From: Callorhinchus milii
Lineage: Eukaryota
DNA: 64,000 bases
Assembly (NCBI RefSeq): GCF_018977255.1
Contig: NW_024704743.1
Coordinates: 100,938,001-101,002,000, forward strand
Direction of reading: 5' to 3'
Positions within the stretch are counted from its first letter, which is position 1. The number at the start of each line of letters is the position of its first letter. A program made the translations under genes and the position numbers. Below the pieces are notes generated by a model. That model worked only from the letters and a program-made list of their open reading frames with translations, was not told where the DNA came from and did no database searches. This document shows, piece after piece, positions 1 to 12,970 of the stretch.

Positions 1-146
1 GGCGAGGCATGAGAAGGTGGGCGGAAGAGCTGGTTAGTGATGGAGTAGAGGAGCCTCGGGTTGTCCTTGGCCTCCAAGATTGTCTTGGAGTAGAAGGACA
101 ATTTAGGGGAGGTGAGGGCGGAGCAGTAAGTTTTGATAAGGTCCAA
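1..146 (-). mobile_element. L2 LINE ORF2 fragment
   Basis: Minus translation LSFYSKTILEAKDNPRLLYSITNQLF resembles the L2 ORF2 linker. Confidence 0.7.
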
Positions 147-464
147 ATGTTTTGATAAGGTCCAAGGTCCATTTGCTATACCAAATGAAGGATTATTTAA
201 AACTATACCTCTCATCCCCAATATGTGTTTGTACTGGTTAACTGGGAAAATAAAGGTGCGTTTGCAAATCACAAGTACTATCATATACAGATTAAGTGCT
301 AGCTGTTTTAGGACCAATACATGTTTGTGAGTTAATCCTACTTCAAAGTCTACCTATTGAACATAGATTAAACAGATCCTCACTTTGTAAGCAAAGTGCC
401 GACACGGTTGTCATGTTACATGTGTTCAAGCTATGCAATTTTAGATGGTTAAGCCCGGATGTGA

Positions 465-1045
465 TCACAAGATTCGTTTGGATGAAGAAGATCCTTTGGC
501 CCATTCGATCTCATTCCTCCAGAACTGTCCTCCCATCATGGCATCAAGCTGCTTTTTAAATAACTTCAGTGTCCTGGCCTTAACCACACTTACTTATACC
601 TGCTCCAGTTATTAATTACCCTCTGAGTAAAGGAAAACCTCCTGACATCTGTTCTGAAATCTCCTTTTACAATTCTAAACCTACATCCTCTTGTTAATAA
701 TTACATAGAATTATATTGAATATACAGCACAGAAACAGGTCATTCAGCCCAACTGGTCTACGCCAACGTTTATGCTCCGCAGGAGCCTCCTCCTGCTCTT
801 CCTCGACTAAGCCTATCAGCATAATCTTCTATTCCTTTCTCCCTCATGTACTTATCTAGCTTCCCCTTAAATGCATCTATGCTTTTCGCCTCAACTACTT
901 CTTGTGGTAGCAAGTTCCACATACCCACCACTCTCTGGGTAAAGAAGTTTCTTCTGATTTCCCTATTGTGAGTTATTGGTGACTATTTTATATTTATAGC
1001 CCCTGGTTTTGGTCTTCCCAAAGTGGAAATATTTTCTCTATGTCT
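465..1045 (-). mobile_element. Two adjacent CR1 3'-end fragments
   Basis: Antisense of the FFTQRVV..WN region and 3' UTR (ACAGCACAGAAACAGG..CCATTC) at about 465-695 and 700-1045. Confidence 0.75.
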
Positions 1046-1200
1046 TCCCTTGTGGCAGCCCAGGGATAAAGGAAGTGCCAGAGGTGGGCAATGTAATGTA
1101 GGTGAGAGAAAGCTGAGCAGGTAAGAGTACCAATATGGGATTTTAAGGACAGTTGAGAGTTAAACAAGACATTCAGGTTCTGTACCGGCTCCACAAGGTA
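1046..1200 (-). mobile_element. Old L2 RT fragment
   Basis: VQNLNVLFNSQLSLKSHI..SAFSHLHYIAHL parallels VRNLGVLFDPQLSFLPHL..SAFPHLRNITRL at 21021-21308. Confidence 0.7.
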
Positions 1201-3711
1201 AGGTACATAACACCATGCAAGTTGATGCTGTTGGCGCCTAATGTGAGAAACCATACAGTCACACCGCATTTTATAGCACCTTAGCACATCATTGAGATGT
1301 CTGAACGTAGTTCACATGAATACTGTAAAGTGATGTGACTGTGTGTATTTTCGTGGGGATTACATTTTACTTTAATTACCCTGAAGTTATTTGCAACATT
1401 TTAAGTGCATTAAGGTGTTATAGATGCTATACAAAAAATGCAAGGATTTTTTTAGGAATAGTGAAGGATTTCAGAATATAAACACTAGTGCGGACTAGTT
1501 GGGTGAAATGTAATGAAATTCTATCTATGTATGTACATTTAGAGAAATGGTTTGGACCAGAATTGATAAGAACTCCATGCAAAAATGAAAACAAAATAGA
1601 AACTGTTCTCTGCAGTTCTGTGGAGATTCTGTAGCTAGCTTGCTTTTAATTCTATTGGTTTATATTCGTCTTAGTTGCTTTTCCTGTCATACAGGCAAAA
1701 TCCTAACTAAAAAAAACACAAAGAAACAAAATTTGCATGCTTGTTTGCAATAATATGCCATATGCTTTCACCTTGGGATTTCTCGTTCATTTATCTACAT
1801 GTCAGACATTTACAGTATAATGCTACCAGTCAAATTCCCAATGGTTGGTCTTAGCTAGATAAATAATGGGCAGCTTGCCAGTCAGTGTTCAAAATGGTAA
1901 GCTACTTAAACTGTTAACCTGTACCTGATACTTTCTGGGATTAGGTAAACAAATGCATCCACTGCAGGGAGAGTGCACATTCTATTTTCGAACAAATGGA
2001 AATTTCCACGCATATGAGCAACTCCTATTAGTTTGGCTTGGATTGTCTCAACGATGGGTTTTCAAGTGTGTCAGACAAGCAGCTGATCCAAATAAATGTA
2101 GTACATAAGGTTATGGGAAATTCATGAGCTGATTGTTTAACCCCTCTGAATAGCTTAGTGTCATCCTCATTCTTTGATGGAATGTGAGGTCAAGCATTCT
2201 CCTCCCAGCCATCTGCTTATTATCCTCTTGAGGCAGTCACCCCGCAGTTCAACAAGAGTGACGTACATTGGCTAGCCCATCGATTTTCTGCAGCTAAAAT
2301 AAGTGACACCCTTCTAAGTGGAGCCTGTTATGTGTTGCACTACTCAAAATCTAGGTCTCCTCACTCACCCTGGAGTTGGCTTTGTTCCGGTTCACAAGAC
2401 TGATTTGGATGAAAAAGGCCCATTGATTTCATCCTTCCAGATCATCCACCCAACCTTCTTCCCATTACAGCATCAAACTTTTTTGAACTGCTATAAATTG
2501 TAAAATATAAACAATGCATATTGTTATTGATGTTGTTGAGTCCAGTGTCTTGGGCTCAACAATCCTTTTTGGTAAATCTGTTCTAGTAAACATAGATAAT
2601 TATCTATCAAATTAGCTGCATTCTAAAGGGATAGAGATTTAGCAGACAACAACAACTGAGGGATAAATATCTGACTGCAATATAATTCACCAGCAAGGCC
2701 AAACTTTGCGATTTTGTATAATATTCCTATTTGCATTTCAACACACAATGTCATCTATACCTCTGCTACTGCCCATTCAGTAACCACATCTTTTACAATT
2801 CAATTAATTGCATGTGTTTCTACACTTGTGTTGTGTATATATATATACAAAATTGCAAAAGACAGTGAAAATCTGGCCAGTTGACTGAGAGTAAACGTAT
2901 ATTTTACACCAGCAGCTTGAAAACGAGTGAATAGAAGGGAATGGGAGAGGGAATTTGGAGAGGTAGAGGCTCATGTGGATATTAAACACAGGCACAAAAC
3001 TCATTTCCATGCTGTAACATTCTATGTAAATCAACATTAGTTGAATCTCTGGTGGATTTTATTCCTCAGGTCCTACACAGTACATGTGTCAGTCAGACAG
3101 TAATTTAATTCCATAATGCAAGTACAGCTTCAGTGTGTTTAACTACTGACAAAACAGAATTCGGTTGAAATCAATACTCATTATGAATTGAAATTAAGCT
3201 TCTATTCAGTTGGGGCATTGGCATGTGTCTAATTAAGAGACAAGTCACTACATTGGGTTAACACCGGGCAGAGTAGAAATACTCATGATGGACATACAAT
3301 ATTATACATTACTCTTAGCAAGGTGCTCAAGTTGGTCATCTTTCAAGCCCAGGAATGAATTGAAGTGTTGTTTCCCTTACCAGCTAAGCATTTCAATTGC
3401 ATTTCTGCTCTAAGGCATCATATTTATGTAATAAAGCAGTGATCATGTTGAATTTTAACTGACCTTACAGTCTTTTCCTACCAATATCATTGCACATAGC
3501 CTTCAGCTGAAACTTGTTGGTCAGGGTTATTTCTGTTCTTGATAGCTGAATCGTCTAGATCTGAAATGAGATCCAGATGGCCAGAAGTTGAAATATAAAA
3601 GTGATTACATTTTTTCTGACGCCATAAATCTGGAAATGTGATGAGGATCTAAAATATTTTATTTCAAATTGTTTACAGCTCTTGAATTTGGAAGAAACAG
3701 AAAGGCAAATA

Positions 3712-3940
3712 TTTAACAAAACGCAAAATACTGCAGATGCTGGAAATCTGAAAACAAAAACAAAAGTCACTGGGAACACTCAGCAAGTCAGGCAGCATCT
3801 ATGGAGAAAGGAAAGTGAGTCAGTGTTTCGGGTCCATGTTCTGACAAAGGGTCATGGACCCGAAACACTGACTCACTTTCCTTTCTCCATAGATGCTGCC
3901 TGACCTGCTGAGTGTTATCAGCGACTTCTGTTTTTGTTTG
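3712..3940. repeat. Long hairpin element, Penelope-terminus-like, with hammerhead-like core
   Basis: Perfect 52-bp inverted repeat (3787-3838 and 3853-3904) with a 14-nt loop. It extends imperfectly to about 3752 and 3939. Confidence 0.85.
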
Positions 3941-4367
3941 CAGGCAACTATTTGAGTTCACCATTTCAGATTAAGTCAAAACGTCATCAATAGCTGTCAT
4001 TCCTTGCTGAAAACTTAAGATATGCATTTCCCAAAGAAATAGTTACAATATTTCTGTGTCTTCTTTACTTGTCTGTAGCATTTGTTCAATGAATTTACAT
4101 TGGAATTTACAAATTTACAATGACCACTTTCCATGTGATCATCAATACTGTGTTCACACTACTGGAAACAATGTGCCATTGCTTTGAAGCACTCTGAGAC
4201 TCCGCCCGGCTTGGAAAGCGCGATAAAAATGCAAGTTGTTGTTATTGCCTTCAAGAGCAGAGATATTTGGTGTTGGGAACAGAATTTGTACTTCGCACTC
4301 TCAATCATTCATCAGGAACTAGGAAAAGTTCTATGTGTACAACATGTATTTCTCTACGCTTTAGATA

Positions 4368-4678
4368 TAATAATAATAATAATCCTTGCACTTGATATAG
4401 CGCTTTTCACGTTTTCTAGACGTCCCAAAGTGCTTCACAGAGTATACTGCAAAGTGAATTGACTGTATATTTGTGGGCGAACGCGGCAGCCAATTGCGCA
4501 CAGCAATGTCCCACAAACAGTCATGGATTGAAAATAACCAATTTATTATTGTTTTGTTTTTTTGGAGGGATTATTATTAGGTGTGTGGAGTAAGGAAACT
4601 TGCCCAAGGTTTCGCCCTGCCTGGAATTGAACTCAGGTCTCTCACTTGCAAAGCGAGTGCTCTAGCCACTGAGCTACA
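4368..4678 (-). mobile_element. Short tRNA-derived Deu-type SINE, near full length
   Basis: tRNA-like head GTAGCTCAGTGGCTAGAGCACTCGCTTTGCAAG, core GTTTGTGGGACATTGCTGTGCGCAATTGGCTGCCGCG, (ATT)n tail. Confidence 0.9.
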
Positions 4679-4762
4679 AGTTATATCAACTACAAGGAAA
4701 ATTATTATAATATAAATTGAGCTCCTTAATCATAAATTGATATTTTGTTCCCCTATTTTAAG

Positions 4763-4921
4763 GCTGAGTACTTTCAGCAAGGGAGAAAATGTCAACGCAT
4801 CAATTGAGTAAGATCTTACAAACACTCATCCTTGCGAAGAAAATTCTCAGACAAGAGTCCAGAAACAAATTGGCCTTCTGCCTCCTGTAACTTGTACTTC
4901 TACCAGAGTCCATCAATAAAG
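4763..4921 (+). pseudogene. Candidate first coding exon of the AKAP7-like pseudogene
   Basis: Acceptor ccctattttaag and donor AAAG|gtatag. From ATG 4789 it reads MSTHQLSKILQTLILAKKILRQESRNKLAFCLL*LVLLPESINK and ends in phase 1. No recognised homology. Confidence 0.3.
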
Positions 4922-5789
4922 GTATAGTGGAAAATATTTTTAAGCCTCTCATGCATCAGGGTCCCTCATGTGTAAATCACGAGGGATCCTGGAGAGTCAC
5001 TTAAGGGAGATACAAAATATGATTTTTTTTTACTCTCTGGACATCACCAGCTCTAGGAGTAGATAGACATACGTACCATAAGCTTTTAGCAGAACCTTGT
5101 CCCAGTTGTTATTGGAAAATTGGAAGAAATACTGTAGCCGTTTATCTGTGCCTTTCCTGAAACTTCACATGAGAATTATATCCACCCACACTTAAAAACT
5201 ACAGATCTATCCCCTTTATCAAAACATAGAAAGAAATATCTAACATTATTAGACAGCTGAGATGAAACAAAATTTATTAAGGAGAAATAATTGTTTAAGG
5301 TGCAAAGATTATTTGACAACCCATTATACACATGGAATTGGTTGTTGTACTTTGTCATTCCAATACTCCTAAAACTGTCTGGAGAGAGATACGGTCCTAT
5401 GTCAATTATTGTAATCCTTGCATTTAATTGCAAAATTATTTGAGCAGAACTTCCTGCCTAAGTAACTCTCTGTAATGTCAGTTGGTTCATTGCTCACCTG
5501 CCAACAGAATAACTTGAAATAACAGAGTACAGGGAGTCTTGAACCAAGGAAAAATACATTTAATAATACAGGACAACCCCATTTTAATGCACCCTGCTTA
5601 AGTCTGAATTCACCTATAAGTCAACTGTGAACCTGTATTAAACTGAAAGTGCTGCAAACATGCTTTTGGTGCTGACTAGCCAGCTTCCTAAATTAACAAA
5701 TGCCTACCTTCTGGCCTTGAGCTTGTAACTGATGTAATTTCTCAAGCACTGCACAAAGATGTGTTACACACAGGAAACATTACTAATGT

Positions 5790-6610
5790 CACACTGTTGG
5801 TTCATTTTTCAAACAGTGCCATGGGATCTTAAACATCCATCTGAACAAGCAGACAGACCCACAGTTTAATGCCTCATTCTAAATGACAGCACCTCTGACA
5901 TGCAGTGGTCCCCCAACACTGCAATGGAGTGTCAGTATAAAAATAATAAATCTTGCAGTTTATTTACTACCTTTCACGTCAAGAGGACGTCTCAAAGATC
6001 TTCACACAGTATGTTAGCCTGGTTCAGTTGGTAGCACTCTTGCTTCTGAGTCAGAAGGTGGGTTCAATTCCAACATCAGAACTGTGACCTTATTGTCTAA
6101 GATGGCTCTCCAGTGCAGCGCTTAGGGTGTCCTGCCTTATTCAAGCTTCCGTCCTTCAGATGAGATATTAAATGGTGGTCTTGTCTGCCTGTTCTTGTGT
6201 GCAAATTGGCTGCTGCATTTGCAGAGAAATACAGAGTCAATATACTTCACAGTAAAATCATGTGAAGCTCTTTGAAGTGTCTTAACAGTATGATAAGGCA
6301 CCATATCAAATGCTAGAATTATTACTGTAAAGTGGATTCACTGTGTATTTTGTGGACCAAAGTGCACTTAGCGTAGACTGAGTTCTAACATCCTGACATA
6401 GGTTTGAACCCACAATAAAAGGTGAGATTGCTACCAACTGAGCCAGGCTGATGATTCCTCCGCGAGGTCACGCCAGAAGACCTTCCTATTCAACCATACC
6501 TAAGGCCACCACCCCTTCCCCTGGCTCAGAGTCGTGCTCTGCCACTGTCAAGTGCTCTGGGACGCTACCCTGGATGAGGGGCGCTATATAAATGCAAGTT
6601 GTTTTTGTTA
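5790..6610. mobile_element. Cluster of Deu-SINE pieces on both strands plus an L2 3' end
   Basis: Head AGCCTGGTTCAGTTGGTAGCACTCTTGCTTCTGAGTCAGAAGG at about 6016 (+). Antisense pieces at about 5790-6005 and 6330-6450. L2 tail GGCGCTATATAAATGCAAGTTG at about 6580. Confidence 0.75.
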
Positions 6611-7451
6611 TATGATCTATTTGTAACTTGCACATTGTTGAGTAAATAGTTTCATGATATCAATTAGGCTTTCAATCTACTCCCTTGACCATCTATTTCA
6701 AAGTCCTGATCGACTCTGAAGCAAACACGATGCAACTCCATAAAAAAGGATCAATGCCAGTATTTGACTACAGCAATCCATTATCTCCAATGCCAAGCTC
6801 ATGGAAATCACAATAATAGAGGTGTTGCAACATCAGTTTACTGTAACAACCTGTTATCTGATGATCATACTGTATTAGCTTCAGAGCAACTTGCAACATT
6901 ATTATTTTGGTTCAGAAACACTATGTATCTTGGTATCCAGCTTACAGTGAGACATTTCTAATACCTCTTTGTGGTATAGATAGCTAACTGCTTGATTTTG
7001 ACTTGTAGGTCTGTAATACAGACAAGTCGACAAATCTGAATTTAGGTGCAGTTCTGGATTGTTTTTGCAGACGGGCAGAGTTTCTCTAATCAGCAGCTGA
7101 ATGCTAGTTAATTTTTAACAGTAAAGAGCCGTAGTCCTAAGAGTCAGCAAACATAAAAAAAAACAGACTTCCCCAGGACTTAAATTTTTAATAAAAAAAC
7201 TTACATGATCACTAGAACAAAATTCACGTTTACCTCCCCAAAAGACACAACTTATCTATAGTGGTATTGGGCTCAATCGAATTGGGGAGACACCAATGTT
7301 TGCTCTCGTGTAAATTGTATACCTGTTCTATAAAACAATCAGTAAGATATAGCACCAGTCTCCTAAAGTGTAAAATACAGCTAAACTGCAAATAAATCTT
7401 TCTCAGGGGAAACACAAATACCTTTTTGATCACAAATAACAACAACAACAA

Positions 7452-7947
7452 CAAGATTTCATTTATAGAGCGCCTTTCACGTCGGGAGGATGTCCCAAGG
7501 TGCTGGACAGTTGGGTCGGGACCCAAGCAGGGGGGAAATGGTCAGGGTGAGGGGAGGAAAGGGAGGGATCGAGGAGGGGGTAGAGAGTCGAGACGGGAGC
7601 TGAAGGCACGGTCGAAGAGAAAGGTCTTGAGACTGGCCTTGAAGGAGGAAAGGGAGGCGGCAAGGCGAAGGCACTGGGGGATGGAGTTCCAGAGCCTAGG
7701 GGCTGAAGGCCCGGCCACCGATGGTAGGGCGGTTGGGGCGGGGGATGTGGAGCAGACCGGAGCCAGAGGAACGGAGGGTACGGGCAGGTAAGTCGGGGGA
7801 TAGTAGGTTGGAGAGATAGGAGGGAGCAAGGCCGTGAATGGCCTGGTAGGTGAGTATGAGGATCTTGAATTCGATCCTCTGGGGGATGGGGAGCCAGTGG
7901 AGGCGAGCGAGGGTAGGAGTGATGTGGTTGCGAAGCCTGGTGCTGAG
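7452..7947 (-). mobile_element. 5'-truncated L2 LINE flanked by 57-bp direct repeat
   Basis: HITPTLARLHWLPIPQRIEFKILILTYQAIHGLAPSYL and GGRAFS..RLWNSIP, with a (GTT)n tail. Flanks 7395-7451 and 7948-8004 are duplicated. Confidence 0.92.
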
Positions 7948-8685
7948 AATCTTTCTCAGAGGAAACACAAATACCTTTTTGATCACAAATAACAACAACA
8001 ACAAACTCCTCTTTCAAATAAATGTTCCCTACTTCAAATAAAAATAGATGATGAGTCTTTAATGGAAATAAATTGACAATTCCTTGTTGGAATATCATTA
8101 GACAAAGCGGGTCAGTCTTTTTGTATATTAAAACAATTGAGTGGATTGCGAGAATCACATTGAAGTTACTAAACAAAAGTAGGGAAATAGTTTAAGTCTA
8201 ACTGAATTAAATGAGGAGCTGACCTCTAACAGAGCTGTTCCCACATTATTTCATTCTCATGTTAAAGGCCTAAATGTTTTGGGATTAGTGTTGACTCTGA
8301 TTTAGATGAACCTCTTTTGTCCTGAAAAGGTGGTTTCAGAGATCCAGTCCACTCTCAAACAGGCTAATGCACAGCCGGACAAACAAGGTGAGTTGGTGTG
8401 TTTCTTCACTGTATAATAAGGTGGCTGCATTTCACAGATGGATGAAAGCAGATGGAGATTTGGGCTTGTGGTTGGTTCAAAGAGGTGGGGTTGTTTGGGA
8501 GAGTTGGTGTAACTGCAATCCGATGGAAACAGACTTGCAATTTGCTTAAATTTTACGTGTTGTCTTGTAACATGTCAAATGTGTGTAATTTCTGATTTTT
8601 AAAAACTCCAGTAGGATTTTTTTGTTTTCCACATCTGCTATTCTAAACGACTACTGCTCCACAGTGTGTGATCCAAACACTTTTA

Positions 8686-8902
8686 ATAATAATAATAATA
8701 ATAATCCTTGCATTTGATATAGCGCTTTTCACGTCGGGAGGACGTCCCAAAGCGCTTCACAGAATAGACTGTAAAGTGAATTGACTGTATATTTGTGGGC
8801 GAACGCGGCAGCCAATTGCGCACAGCAATGTCCCACAAACAGTCGTAGATTGAAAATGACCAATTTATTATTGTTTTGGGATTTTGGAGGGATTATTATT
8901 AG
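8686..8902 (-). mobile_element. Short SINE, 3' part
   Basis: Nearly identical to 47148-47370. Confidence 0.9.
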
Positions 8903-11900
8903 GCGTCATTATATTTTCTATGCCTTTCTATTTAAAACCTTCCTATGTTTAAAAACACAATTAAAAAGGTATTATCTTTTAAGTTGTTCTGTATTTCCAA
9001 ATGGGATTGGCCAGTACTACATTGAAGTGTCCACTTGTATGCCCGATGGATGGGAGACCTCAGAGGAATTAAACTGGGTGGACAGTGCAGACCCACAAGG
9101 TTAATGAATGGCGAGGTTGATGCCGGGACCACACGACATAATGAAAGAGTGGGCAGAATATAATGGGATCCGCACAAAGTTTTTTTTAAAAAAAGCTTTC
9201 AGTCTTCTCCTTACATTGGCCTTACAAGTTAATTGGATTCGTTACAGAATTGAAGCAGGTTCTAATGGAAAGGAGGGGATGTTCCTTGGTATAACGGTGA
9301 TAAACAGCTGTCTCAATAGTCTGACAGCTCAATTGTGCTCAAGCACCATGTGCATGTTAAATAAGGCTCTATTAATTGGCAGCCAGTTTGATTTGTTGTG
9401 TTGTCTGAGACTTGCTTGAGTGGTTAGCTTGCAAATGGTACATAATGTTTTTTATGGAGATAAACAGCAGTTTATTTTTCCAAAGCTTGCATAAAACCCC
9501 AGTAATTGATATATTCACCTGTGTTTTACACTATTGTTTTCAGGTTCAATACACATTCTCTCCAATTCCAACAAACTAATTTTAAATGCGGCATGTCCAA
9601 GGATAATTTTTCATAAATAATGGCTTGTGAGGAATGAAACCCCATCCCAATAATAAAACGGCAGAAATTTATAACTTTCTATTTACATCTGCTATATTAA
9701 ATGACTGCTACCCCACAGTGTGTGATCACTTTTCTGTCCCTTTTTATTAACTCACCTCAGCTGAGGTAGATATTTGTATTTCCTTCAGACAAATATGTAG
9801 CCTTACACTAGTCAGTAGAGGGACCTGCTGAATCCCAATTATCTGAAATAAAACAAATCTGAAAAAGAAAGATGTTAGTTTTATCGATCTTTAGAACTAA
9901 TCTAATATTGAATTCCAGTTGCAATTTACTATTTCGATGAGTCATAGCTGGGCCATTAACCTATATTTCTCTTTCAGATGCTGGTCAGCCTGCAATTGAT
10001 TTCCAGCACTTTCTGATTTGTTTGCCTTTGTTGCCTGTAGGCTCTATCAGCTATACAGAATAATTGTTTTGTGCTATTATAATTCCCACAACTACCAGAT
10101 GTATTTGGAAGTCTGTATCTCTTGTAAGAGCAACAAACTGAATAGTGCATCACCACAAGGTTGGGAATGCTTGATTTGAAGTTTTGTTCAGGACCCTAAC
10201 CTTGGTGTCACTTACATAGGATTGCTACCAGAATACGTGATGATTTTGATGCCCAGTTACAGTATAGACAGGGTTTGATTAGGCCAGTGGATTGGAGTTG
10301 GGAGCTCTGTATTTGTACGTGTAGCATGCTGAGTATGATGCTCGTGCTGTTATTATGAGATTGTCTTCTGTCCAAGTCTCCCTCTGGAGGCAACTTGATG
10401 TAAAATAATTTTTCTAGTGTCAAATTTCTTCATTTCTATGCTTCCCAATGGATTGTTAGAACCTAGTCAACAAATCAGTTGTTCCACTTTACAATATGTC
10501 CCGTGAAGCGCTTTGGGAGGTCCTCCTGACACAAAAGCTCTATACCAAATGCAAGGATTGTTATTATAACCCTCAGTGGCAATCTCAGGAGTCCAATTTC
10601 TGAGCCAGGCAATTCTGCAGTACTCCAGGGCCCAACTGATGATAGCCCAGCCAGCCTGCATTATTGTTAGGGCTTGGAGGACCAAACAAGTCACTAGGGC
10701 AGGAAGGTTTCCCATTCAGCTCCTGTTAACTTTGCAAGCCAAAGCCCTATTGAGTAGAGGTATCCTAACAGGGCAAGTAGTGAGATAGTTTTATTACTCT
10801 CTGGAATAGTGTGTGTGGGTGGGGAGAGAGCTAGAACTGGAGCAACCAGATTGTATTTTCTGAGGTCGTTGTGAAAGCATCGTAATGCTAATTTCCATTA
10901 GAAATGTATTTGTGATTTCCACTGCTCAAATAATTTTAATGGAATCAGAAGAAAGGCTGACAGTGAAGTTTCCTGAAATTCAGCTGCATCTTCCCGGTTT
11001 CTGCAGCTGTGATTTGATTAGTAACAATCCTAAAAATGTTTCCTTCCATAGTGGTACATGCACATGGTACTTGCATGCATGTGTTGTCGATTAATTCCCT
11101 CTGGAGGCAATGCATTAACCAGAGGAGGCTGGGAATGTGGCAACATTTCCAATTCGGTGCTGCCTTTCAGGCCTCTGGAGCTGCAATGTAAAAGTAGCAT
11201 TAAGTGTAGCAGAGCTTTTTTGCCCACTCACCGAAGTCCATGTGTGTAACTGAATTCTGATTTATGCATAATATTGAAGCGATAGTACAGCAGGCTTTTT
11301 TGATAACATTAAAAATAACATTAGAAGTTCTAAAGGTGCACCAATTACAAAATTAGTTTTGTTGTTTGCTTAATACCTACTTCAGTTAGAATAATAATCG
11401 TTGCATTTTATTACAATGGGTGCAAGGCAAAGCCCATGTTAGACTAACTCACTGAGATGGTCTGCAGCACTTACCCCATTTATATTTAAAAAATGCAACA
11501 TTTCCATGGGTTTGACCTGAACCTTTTCATTGAATTTGTGAAAACACTAGTTGTGGTGACATTGGCCAGTTACACTAACAGCAATAATAACTGGACTAAA
11601 TTAAACTAATCCAGTAGTTCTCAAGTTTATTATATCCCACTTTTTCCTGTTTCCAAGACCTGAATTGGAGCTCAGATTCAATATGGTTCTCTTATTCTTC
11701 AATAATAAATGGAATCATTGAATGAATGGAAGTGCTTTTAAGAGACAACTGCATCAAATTTATCATTATCATGAAGCTGTTTGAGCCTTATCATGCAACC
11801 TCGCACTGTTGTAGCCCTCTGATGCATGGTATTTTATGCACATACAAATAAGTTATAGTAGTAATCCTTACATAATAATAATAGTACAGTTGTGACTTCA

Positions 11901-12351
11901 GTTATATAATCTGTTGTGCCACAAATACTTTGTATGTAAACTTTGGCAAATCATCATGTCTTTTAACTTAGACATTATCCTATGTGAAAGGTGCAATATA
12001 AGTGTAATTTGTTCTTGTTAATATAGATCTTAAGGGTCATAGTGTAATGTGAATTATTTGAACACAATTAGTCTGCTCGTTCCAACGGATCAGTATAAAT
12101 GCAAAGTTATGGACTCAAAATTCCTCTTGATCTTAATCACAATACCTTGCAAATTCTATCTTTCTCCTTATCCAAGGAAAGAATTTTAATACAAATTCTT
12201 ATTCATTTAATGTTTCTCAACCATTTCAGAAATGGCTTTCAGTGATCCTAGGGATTGGAATTATAGTCTTCATAGAACAGTTGATGAACCCCATGTGTAG
12301 TCCAGTATTAATTAGCAGATTTCAGCCCACAATTCTTAAAGCAGTTAATAA

Positions 12352-12785
12352 GTAATAATAATCCTTGCATTGATATGGTGCCTTATCACGTCACCAATGT
12401 CTCAAAGCCCTTCACATGATGCACTGTAAAGTGGATTGACTATATTTTGCAGTTGAAATGCATCAGCCAGTTTGTGCATAGCAATGTCCCACAAACAACC
12501 ATGAAGCAAATGACCAATTTTGTCTGGGGGATTGTTATCAGGGAGAAACTCTGTCCTCTTTTCGAATATTGCCATGGGATGTTTAACATCTACCTGAACA
12601 GGCAGAAGGGACCTCTGTTTCACATCTCATCTGAAGAGCTGCACCTGCGACAATGCAAACCACCCACCCCCAGCACTGCATTAGAGTGTCAGTTTAGACT
12701 ATATGATTCCACGTCCCGAAGTGGGGCTTGAACCCACAACCCTCTGACTCGGAGGTTAGCGTGATTCCAATGAACCAGGCTGACA
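12352..12785 (-). mobile_element. Long Deu-domain SINE (SacSINE1/AmnSINE1-like)
   Basis: tRNA-like head (GGTTGTGGGTTCAAGCCCCAC), Deu core (CTTCAGATGAGATGTGAAAC..CTGCCTGTTCAGGTAGATGTTAAACATCCCATGGCA) and ATT tail. Confidence 0.85.
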
Positions 12786-12868
12786 CGGCATATAACTCTT
12801 TTTGTTGGGCATTTAGTTCATATATGTTTGGTGGAGAAAATATTTTTAAATCTTTTACCTTGTTTCAG

Positions 12869-12970
12869 ATTTTCCAAAGTTGAACTTGTTTGCTAGAAAC
12901 CAGAATCGGATATTGGTTCATGAGTAATAATTGGTTTTGCAATTGTTGTCTAGTTTGGGTGTTTCTGTAG
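12869..12970 (+). pseudogene. Candidate upstream exon of the AKAP7-like pseudogene
   Basis: Strong acceptor (ttttaccttgtttcag) and donor (GTAG|gtgagc). 102 nt, phase 1 to 1, compatible with exon 15011. Reads FPKLNLFARNQNRILVHE**LVLQLLSSLGVSV. No recognised homology. Confidence 0.45.

Noticed and set aside
4950..5440. 85-aa minus ORF at 5176-5433
   Set aside because: No recognisable protein; the opposite strand has faint RT-like traces, so it is probably a very old LINE.
7426..8176. Several overlapping ORFs up to 237 aa
   Set aside because: They are alternative frames of the GC-rich L2 fragment.
9840..10025. Another arm pair resembling the 3712-3940 hairpin
   Set aside because: It is too degenerate and has no hammerhead core left; it is only an old family copy.
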